DNA from: Phoronis australis
Taxonomy: Eukaryota; Animalia; Phoronida
DNA length: 64,000 bases
Assembly (NCBI GenBank): GCA_002633005.1
Contig: NMRA01000299.1
Coordinates: 331,754 to 395,753 of the forward strand
Reading direction: 5' to 3'
This document shows positions 59,101 to 64,000 of the stretch, one piece after another; position 1 is the first letter of the stretch; each line of letters begins with the position of its first letter. A program made the position numbers and the translations under genes. Below the pieces are notes generated by a model. That model saw only the letters and a program-made list of their open reading frames with translations. It was not told the origin of the DNA and searched no databases.

Positions 59101-62100
59101 TGCAAGATTAGAGCTCCTTGACTTGAAACCATACGCAAACTAAATATCTATTTCAACATTGCAACAGTAGACACCGGCGCAGACGACAGTTTCCACATAT
59201 GCCGTAAGACAGTCAAATGTAAGGTTTTATTAAATACTATTTAATAATAGTACGTGCTAGCGAATTATCGCTACTACACGTGAGTCTTTATACATAAATC
59301 ATAAATTGTAACGATCAGTGTGTTGGTTGACGAGCAAATGATTGACATTTGATTTACTGTACTCGTCCGTATTATCACCCAGGGCATTTAAATTGGGAAT
59401 CTTAAAAAACGGGGTGGGCGGTAAGCCGAGCATAGGTAGTTAAAATCGAAATTTGGGAATTGTTGCTTACTGCACGGAGGACCGATTTTACCCTGACGGA
59501 GCTACACTGACGTCGGACTTCAACCATATCAGTTAAAATATAGGTTGGGTATTGAAGTAATGGACTTTGAAGGTTTGCAAATACGATACAGTGGCGTCGT
59601 GATCCTGATCGTCATTTTTTTACGCACCTCGGTTGCTGCTGGTCATCTCTTAGAACTAATGTATTCCTACCGGTGGGCGTCCGTTCAGTAGGGCAAGTTT
59701 CTTGAGAGAAAAGACATCTTAAACAAAACTCCGCCAGTTCGTGGTGTATTTTTAAGGGAAGCACTTGATTGTGTGAAGATTTGCTTCCTGCTGGACACTT
59801 AGGCAACCAAACATGTGCTGATGATTGACAGGTCTTCTTACTGAATACTTTGAACAGTGTAACATTTTATATACATCGTATATTTCTTTTTGAGTTCAAA
59901 GCCAACACCGCTGTCGTTCAAAGCACGTGCTCAACACTCGGACGCTACTAGGCAACAGGGGTACTCGGTCAGTTGCCAAATTAATGAAGCAAAAACGCAT
60001 CTTGTAAAAAGTCATGAGGCATATCAAAAGTTCAAAAAATAAGTTTTTGTCCACATTCCACATGGACAGAATGTTCGACTGGCGCTAATGACAAATTGAT
60101 TATTTTGCGTTCTTGCCTTTGGTTGGGCACTTCTATTTTGGTGTCAGAAGTGAAAGTCATTAAAAACATGCGTTTAACCAAGACGGGAACAGCGACACAA
60201 GTTGGCCTGTCACAATGAACCGTGTCTTTTTTTATTACAATGCTCAGGGTAGTTATGTTTCGTGTACTGTCACGGGGAATCACCGAAATGTTGGCCACTG
60301 ATGCGATATCCCTGTCAAGTACGTACTGCTTTGTTGGTTCTTCTACAGCAAATGAAATAAATTCGACAAGCGCTGTCTCAGTGATCAGTGCATGCCGACA
60401 TGAGTTCCACGCGTGAGCCAAAGGAAACAATTCTCCTTCAGTGGCATGAGATTACGGGTATTTTACCACCCATAGACATCTTAATACATTTACCGGGCGC
60501 GCGCTACTCAGATACATGAAGCTCGCGTTGTCAATATAACACCATATTGTAGAGTGTTACTCAGGACAAAAGTGGCAGACAACATTGGGAGCCCTACGGC
60601 ATTAATCAGAAAATCCGGGGGCTCGCAGTGTTATGCCTGCACCCAAGGAGTTAATTATTTGGTCCTGCCCTTGAGTCATGGGTTTTTTGGTTCGGCCATG
60701 GAGCTTAGTGGTGCTGCCACTAGGTTATTATGTTCTGCCAATACAGTTTAAGCGGAGCAACTGTGCGTTGTTTCCAAATCAGTCCTGGTGATTGAGGCCA
60801 TGTAAGATCAATTAAAAAGATAGTTATTGACCAGCAGATGGTGTTGTCCAATGATGATGCTGTTCATTAATTGTAATTAAGTAACTTTCTCGCCAGCCAT
60901 CCAAATCAGTATATCTAAAAGTTAGAATAGTTTATTCTCTATTGAAATATATACTGCTTTAAAAACTCATTTCTTAATATGCATTCCAAAATCAGATGTT
61001 TTCTGTTTTATCAAAACAAACAAATCCCTGCAAAATCTGTACTTATGTCGAAGTTGACATTGGAAATTTTGTAGATTTGCACTGCTTGCTTACTAGCTCT
61101 TTGTTTTGCGACTCAAAACTTGCGCAAAAAGTAAAGTGCATAGTAACCAAAATTTCAAACCTGTGCGACTGAATTGTGCATCTGAGCTATAGTAGAGCCA
61201 AAATACAGAATTTCCCACTTGAAACAGAGTGGAAAAATACCCAACCAAGTTTTAACTTAGTGTAGCATTAAATAATGACCTCGTGAAAAATGACCCCAGT
61301 TAGTTTTTTCACAAGGTCTAAATTTAATGTGAAGAATTTTCATCCCATGAAAAAAATTACGTCACGTCTGTGAAAACCTGTCTCGTCATTATTCAACGGT
61401 TTCAAGCAACAGGGGGTTAGGATAAGCAGACAGGTTACTCGCAATTGGCGATCTTTCAACAATGTTCGATTCGTCGATGTTTAGGTCTGGGGGTCATCTG
61501 AGTTGGAGCGCGGCAAGGGAAATTTTGCGTTTTCAATATATGCCGCAATTAGGGAGTGAAAGTACTGAACGGCGTGCAGACCAGGAATATGGTGTGGGGG
61601 AGTTGGGCTGAAGCGAAAACAATCACTATTTTTCTAACAGTCATCCTTCATTCAGTTGCCCAAATTAGCAACTCTGGCCAATTTTGCACTGCTCATCCCC
61701 ACACGTACTGGGATCGCCTAACACTTTGTAAAGAACTTTATCGCCACCAAGTGCGTACTCTGCGCACTCTAACTAACAGTTTCGAAAATATAGAGTGTGG
61801 TCAAACTCCGAACGCTTGCATAAAAAGTTTGCTGCATAATTTGGCGCCTCAGGTGAGACTGATTATTGCGAATTCTGCTCATTATTTCACTACACTTCGC
61901 AGACGTTGAACATGTTCACCTGCTTAGCAGCTGGTAACTGTGCTGTCGTTTTAATCCAGTTGTGGTCACGTGCTGAACCATTTTTCCTGTTTCATTAGTG
62001 CACTCCCATAATAAACAACTTAACTGACTGTCACGCAGACAAGGATTACAAGCAGTTCCGAATTTCAGTTCAAAATGCTTTCAATATAACAGAATGTGCT

Positions 62101-62979
62101 CGTGGTCTGAATGGTCAAAAAGCATAAAAATGTTTAATCAATCACGAAATCGGGATCAACTATTCAGTTGCCATGCACTGTCGACTCGCTGCCTGTTTAT
62201 GTTGCCGATATGTGGAGTTGGCATGTAGGCCTATGTACTCTGGCCTTTCAATGGCTAAATACAATAACAAACTTTTTGTTAACAAACTCTACATTCGAGA
62301 AAATTGCCACTAAGCTACACTGCAAAATAAACACAAGTTTTTGTCCACACCCGCGTTTTTACTGGTCGACTTTGCAGAAGAAGTCCTCCTATTCCAGTGT
62401 TGACAGTGAACAGCCATCGTTGCGGTTTTTGTTTTGACTGCGAGACACAGCTTTTGTTAGCAAATGAAACCATCTATTGTCTGACATTTGGCCACACAAG
62501 TTTGGGTTAAAATTAGTCAAACCTGTAACATTATATGTTTCCGATCTCTAAGTCATCGCTTTCTTCAAAAAGTGCCTGATATGCGCGCCGTGGAAAAAAA
62601 AAAAACGTTAAAAATGGTTTCCAGTGGCGTAAATGGACTGGCGTCGGCAAGTGCCGCAGTAACGTCGTTGGTGTACGGTGACGTCTATGAAACCAATAGA
62701 ATGATAGGAGAATCATATTGTCAAGGTATTCAGGATTGAAGCAAATGACATTCAACTTGTGGCACAACCTGATGTTCCAGAATGATTCATTCTACTCAGT
62801 GAGTCAGGGTAGGAATGAACAAATTATGAAGCTAGTCTTAATGGCATTAATCACAAGCCCTGTAGTATGGTTTCTCCCTTTCAGCCCACCTTGTGGTCCA
62901 TAATATTTAAACATCAGTTAGAACTTGGACACAATGATGAGGCGTATGCTGCTATGATTGCCAATCCAGACCCAACACG
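14108..62979 (+). CDS. NUP160: Nuclear pore complex protein Nup160, 3'-partial spliced CDS (20 exons in window, 2963 nt; alternative in-frame ATG at 14102)
   Basis: Exons splice in frame and give motifs matching recalled vertebrate NUP160: RNRFIQW, TLELVEESLD, VHRLIFPHPSR, ELKQSSVMQRL, DHKLRVWS, DPREAY..PGQF, WSKFYSCCVQYQE, RDLLILQ, QLLWP, IFKHQLELGHN. All phases checked by hand. Confidence 0.96.
14324..15833. mobile_element. TIR DNA element with 8-bp TSD TGTCAGTG, host of the MULE-like insertion
   Basis: Left TIR CACAGGGGTCCT[insert]CAGCTTCTGATCGTCCCC; right TIR GGGGACGATCAGAAGCTGAGGACGCCTGTG; TGTCAGTG at 14316-14323 and 15834-15841. Confidence 0.8.
14336..15272. mobile_element. MULE/Mutator-like non-autonomous element, ~270-bp TIRs, 9-bp TSD AGGGGTCCT
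   Basis: Inverted arms at 14336-14610 and 15000-15272 (ORFs 14139+ and 14820- share [13 protein letters not shown]...); AGGGGTCCT at 14327-14335 and 15273-15281. Confidence 0.82.
16160..16310 (-). pseudogene. Penelope-like retroelement fragment (linker between RT and GIY-YIG)
   Basis: Across a frameshift it reads IPYICGLSENLCRTFKQH..FKPINNVHGQLVKPKD, matching the PY..GLSE...R.F..H....FKP.N....LV.PKD pattern recalled from Penelope-type elements. Confidence 0.65.
16645..16750 (+). CDS. NUP160: NUP160 exon 2 (..DIAGGFGYSGSGRLQSAVRNRFIQW)
   Basis: ttctag| ... |gtaagc; AGGF.Y and RNRFI.W motifs. Confidence 0.93.
17122..18680 (+). repeat. Array of 11 co-oriented GGGGTACGTACACTACA-like motifs in ~330-350-bp imperfect tandem units
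   Basis: Motifs near 17122, 17482, 17819, 17837, 18008, 18168, 18185, 18352, 18490, 18511 and 18662. Confidence 0.85.
18894..19974 (+). mobile_element. HINE-like family 1 (copy B)
   Basis: 5' TTATGCGCCCAC subterminal repeat, palindrome CCACATATTTATATGTGG, (TCCG)n, tandem units; 3' GTGGGCGCAT + hairpin CAACGCTCCGCGTTG + CTCTTGT. Confidence 0.78.
20362..20569 (+). CDS. NUP160: NUP160 exon 3
   Basis: tttcag| ... |gtacgt; TLELVEESLD...VHRLIFPHPSR. Confidence 0.95.
22781..23058 (+). CDS. NUP160: NUP160 exon 4
   Basis: tcatag| ... |gtaaga; SIFAD...GEALFA...ELKQSSVMQRL. Confidence 0.95.
23990..24104 (+). CDS. NUP160: NUP160 exon 5
   Basis: tttcag| ... |gtgatt; IFAVCRDHKLRVWSCK. Confidence 0.94.
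25111..27137. mobile_element. Harbinger-like TIR element hosting a Kolobok-like fragment
   Basis: TGGGGTCTGTTTCATGGAAAGTGACTTAA ... TTAAGTCACTTTTCATGAAACAGAGCCCA. Confidence 0.6.
25140..26685. mobile_element. Truncated Kolobok-like element, inverted relative to 51352-53002
   Basis: TTAA|AGGTTAATGCCACCC terminus; extended similarity to the reverse complement of 51870-53002 (ORFs 25299+ and 52524- share KWL.VVKNE...VNSKYEAVK). Confidence 0.7.
27297..27539 (+). CDS. NUP160: NUP160 exon 6
   Basis: ttccag| ... |gtaagt; open frame RLECLISWDLLNYIP...LGVYL...HLSHVSTMFGRN. Confidence 0.9.
27576..28440 (+). mobile_element. Probable third HINE-like element (degenerate)
   Basis: 5' TTTTTATCCGCCCG; internal imperfect repeats with TGCCACTT; 3' CGGCAGG plus hairpin TTTAATG..CATTAAA. 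Confidence 0.35.
28674..28931 (+). CDS. NUP160: NUP160 exon 7
   Basis: ttgtag| ... |gtaagt; DTLVDFCLT..LW...DPREAY...PGQFS..AIAKAL. Confidence 0.95.
30069..30152 (+). CDS. NUP160: NUP160 exon 8 (ends at a GC donor)
   Basis: tttcag| IYHRSAKVSTDVPIESLKEQVTTAVENE |gcaagt. Confidence 0.88.
30153..31323 (+). other. Non-canonical GC-AG intron of NUP160
   Basis: GAG|GCAAGT donor; needed to keep the conserved AVENE segment in frame with exon 9. Confidence 0.8.
30214..30658. mobile_element. Solo LTR (TGTT...AACA) with 5-bp TSD GTTGC
   Basis: GTTGC|TGTTAGG ... TGTAACA|GTTGC; second inverted copy at 40061-40510. Confidence 0.8.
31324..31428 (+). CDS. NUP160: NUP160 exon 9
   Basis: tcacag| ... |gttggt; EYEVSEDEY...WSKFYSCCVQYQE. 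Confidence 0.94.
32016..32184 (+). CDS. NUP160: NUP160 exon 10
   Basis: tttcag| ... |gtaagg; PLGL...TGMVCVVKK..LSYIRP. Confidence 0.92.
33929..35667 (+). mobile_element. Helentron/HINE-like element, family 2, nested in copy C
   Basis: 5' CTCTGCGCGTGCAAGCGCAGAG palindrome (three tandem copies), (TTATTC)n microsatellite; 3' GCACGCGCAGAGT, hairpin ATTGTCACACCGTGACAAT, CTAG, TT. Host sequence GGATCTTTATT|AAATTTAG is split at TT. Confidence 0.78.
34649..35148. mobile_element. hAT-like MITE with 6-bp TSD (AAACCT), same family as 3305-3810
   Basis: TIRs CAGGGTTGGAAT / ATTCCAAGCCCTG; AAACCT at 34643-34648 and 35149-35154. Confidence 0.85.
36040..36340 (+). pseudogene. HIRAN-like domain fragment, probably transposon-derived
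   Basis: IDKYTVSVLKGQAIVVHVPRKISKTF..F...GSLKCIVT..GLEIP resembles the D.YAVAV....VGHVPR.IS....GLEIP pattern; intronic and degenerate. Confidence 0.5.
36711..36873 (+). CDS. NUP160: NUP160 exon 11
   Basis: tttcag| ... |gtacgt; open frame, phases 1 and 2 fit neighbours. Confidence 0.88.
37898..38040 (+). CDS. NUP160: NUP160 exon 12
   Basis: cattag| ... |gtaagc; open frame ERNVHETMNELQTLVRNL...; phases fit. Confidence 0.85.
38200..39760 (+). mobile_element. Degenerate 3' part of an RLE-type non-LTR retrotransposon (HERO/R2-group), tandemly duplicated around an N
   Basis: QGLWLRW, DVLPT.ANLHL*, CCHC knuckle CNLC..GTLHHILNNC, RYTWRHDQVL, RPDIVLWS..IEL..P.E, K..KY, PVEVGSRGF; internal stops. 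Confidence 0.85.
40061..40510. mobile_element. Second LTR copy, inverted relative to 30214-30658
   Basis: Reverse-complement similarity along its length; TG...CA ends; no TSD seen. Confidence 0.72.
41587..41747 (+). CDS. NUP160: NUP160 exon 13
   Basis: Pyrimidine tract ctctcttcatccctccag| ... |gtaagt; SRFFFTRDLLILQVLL. Confidence 0.92.
42194..42327 (+). CDS. NUP160: NUP160 exon 14
   Basis: tcttag| ... |gtaagt; DLIPTTKPLVLSYFLLKW. Confidence 0.92.
42462..43325 (+). mobile_element. Older, diverged HINE family 1 relative
   Basis: 5' TTTTTATGCGTCCACATAACGTATGTG; degenerate units with GTGCCCCTTAGTGGC. Confidence 0.55.
43574..43647 (+). CDS. NUP160: NUP160 exon 15
   Basis: tttaag| ... |gtgaga; ESNMRQMDALDITDSG (cf. 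vertebrate ESNLQHLSVLELTDSG). Confidence 0.9.
43725..44552 (+). mobile_element. Older, diverged HINE family 1 relative
   Basis: Degenerate units (GTGCCCCCTGGTGCC, GTGCCCCCTAGTGAC, ATGCCTCCTAGTAAC); ends CTAGTTT. Boundaries approximate. Confidence 0.45.
45668..45824 (+). CDS. NUP160: NUP160 exon 16 (followed by a U12-type intron)
   Basis: ttccag| ...LGQLL |gtatccttga. Confidence 0.9.
46486..46800 (-). mobile_element. Probable LINE/SINE 3' tail with (TAAA)n
   Basis: (TTTA)n tract next to a stem-loop GAGGGTGGCCTCTT...AAGAGGGTCCTC, then A-rich sequence. Confidence 0.4.
49535..49772. repeat. ~40-45-bp minisatellite, about 6 copies (CATATAAACATGGAATGT...CTAGGTGCA)
   Basis: Tandem units visible directly. 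Confidence 0.8.
49915..50070 (+). CDS. NUP160: NUP160 exon 17
   Basis: ccttaacgaactaccag| WPVSVNFLFPEFLMSKCQYLPLQCYIRLLRGWCEWNVSSRQFLLGQSYLNF |gtaagt. Confidence 0.94.
50843..54150 (+). mobile_element. HINE-like family 1 (copy E) with nested Kolobok-like element
   Basis: Same tandem units and 3' end (GTGGGTGCATTTCAACGCTCCGCTTTGCTCTTGT); 5' palindrome deleted. Confidence 0.76.
51352..53002. mobile_element. Kolobok-like non-autonomous DNA transposon, TTAA TSD
   Basis: TTAA|AGGAGTATGCCACCC ... GGGTGGCATTCTCCT|TTAA. Purine (AGG) termini with a TTAA TSD fit Kolobok rather than piggyBac (CC termini). Confidence 0.8.
54248..54380 (+). CDS. NUP160: NUP160 exon 18
   Basis: ttttag| EPDKALNCFLSA...EEFL...YYLK |gtttgt. 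Confidence 0.93.
54550..55070. mobile_element. MITE-like element with 37-bp perfect terminal inverted repeats and an internal perfect hairpin
   Basis: TGTTATACAGAATTTGTTGAATACACGACACTTTTCA ... TGAAAAGTGTCGTGTATTCAACAAATTCTGTATAACA. Confidence 0.78.
55375..58153. mobile_element. hAT-like non-autonomous element with TTTTTCCTA subterminal repeats
   Basis: CAGGGTGTCAAGT ... ACTTGACGCCCTG; flanks TGTTTG / TGTTCG (6 bp, 1 mismatch). Confidence 0.7.
55907..57567. mobile_element. Nested TIR element (TAGGGTG...CACCCTA)
   Basis: TAGGGTGAACAAA / TTTGCTCACCCTA; flanks ACAGTGC / ACAGTAC. Confidence 0.5.
58373..58468 (+). CDS. NUP160: NUP160 exon 19
   Basis: tttcag| VIRLFGDFQLPLQVISLATTAISCAELDDENI |gtaagt. 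Confidence 0.93.
58543..59140 (-). mobile_element. hAT-like element end carrying a frameshifted TTF-type zinc-finger fragment
   Basis: CAGGGCTCGACATTAAC terminus with ACAAGT/ACTTGT subterminal motifs. The minus strand reads KLEFLPKWMEDFGWLRYD/KMCCVPCEKY...GSDVF..ESLKSH..STAH across a frameshift. The other TIR was not found. Confidence 0.6.
62885..62979 (+). CDS. NUP160: NUP160 exon 20
   Basis: tttcag| PTLWSIIFKHQLELGHNDEAYAAMIANPDPTR |gtaagc. Confidence 0.94.
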
Positions 62980-64000
62980 GTAAGCAAAAGCATTTTTTAA
63001 AATTGATGTTTTCAGGAGATCCTGATATTAAATGGCATGCTTATTTGCTTTTAGGCACGCATACTCATAAATAGGGTGTTTCTTAAGGTAGGCTTATAGC
63101 ACTTCCAGCACTGTCAGTTGCATTGTCTCATTTAATAGTTAACAAATAGCTTTTATATAGGTCAGAAACTTTGTCTTACAGTCGGTCTTTGCCATTATTG
63201 AATGAAGTTCTTGTAAACAAGTAATTGTTAATGCATCACAGTTTCACAGATTTACAAATTTGGTCATAATCTCAGGGACCTTGTACTTTGTGAAACTGGG
63301 ATGATTAAATTATTCATATAAATAATTATGTAATATATGTGGATTGTAATAGTCTAGACGCATTTCTGGAAAATGTGCATGTTAGAGGCATTTTTTAGTA
63401 AAAGTGGAGATCCTATCTTTTTAGCATAATTATGGTATGCTGATTTCGATTATGCCTGTTCCCAAGCTGGATTTTGAGTTTTTGACCATCTAATTTGCAT
63501 AAACAAAATGGCCGCCAAACCAACAGGATAAGAAACATTCGTAAGACCAGGAGTACAATATGTGACGAATAATTAGGAAATTTTTGCTTCAAAAACATAA
63601 TGTAAGTGTGTTTAGATCACTTAAATTTAAGAGCATATTAATGAACGTCATTAAATTCCCCAATTATGCTAATTAGCTTCCGCCATTACCAAAAAATTCA
63701 AATTTCAGTGTAATTTTATCAATTTGCAGGCAAACATGACAACTAAGGTGTCTATACCTATGTTTTGAAGGTCTAGAAAAATCATTATGATACATGTGAA
63801 GCTTTATATTTCATCTTCACTAAGTTACAAATGTTCATTAATAAAGTCTGAAAATTAAATTAGAAATCATAATTATCCATGCTTTTTTGCGAGCATCTCA
63901 CTATTTAGATAAGACATAAAAGTATTGTAAACATAACAACATGACTTTTAAATACTGTTGTAAAGAGATGCATGGCCATATCGTCCCATTTTGGACAGGA

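Noticed and set aside
60800-62700. CpG-rich repeat-like intronic sequence with short ORFs
   Set aside because: Boundaries and family could not be supported from the sequence alone.

Overview
This is a eukaryotic (bilaterian invertebrate-like, AT-rich) genomic window, so the six-frame ORF track is mostly noise. It holds two spliced housekeeping genes arranged head-to-head, with start codons about 260 bp apart. SNRPC (U1 snRNP protein C) is complete on the minus strand: 6 coding exons, 13848->454, 158 aa. NUP160 runs on the plus strand: 20 coding exons from 14108 to 62979, about 987 codons, continuing past the window end. NUP160 has one clear U12-type (minor spliceosome) intron (45825-49914) and one GC-AG intron (30153-31323). 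The introns are packed with mostly non-autonomous, often nested mobile elements. The most striking is a Helentron/HINE-like family whose ~150-bp internal tandem units each carry a near-consensus CTCF-type motif (GCCACTAG[A/G][G/T]GGCGC). Other elements include hAT-like MITEs with 6-bp target site duplications (TSDs), MULE-like long-TIR elements clustered around the bidirectional promoter, Kolobok-like (TTAA) and Harbinger-like (TAA) elements, two inverted solo LTRs, a foldback element, and fragments of HERO-like, CR1-like and Penelope-like retroelements. No prokaryotic system, CRISPR array, rRNA or tRNA gene was found. All family assignments come from manual reading, without database searches.
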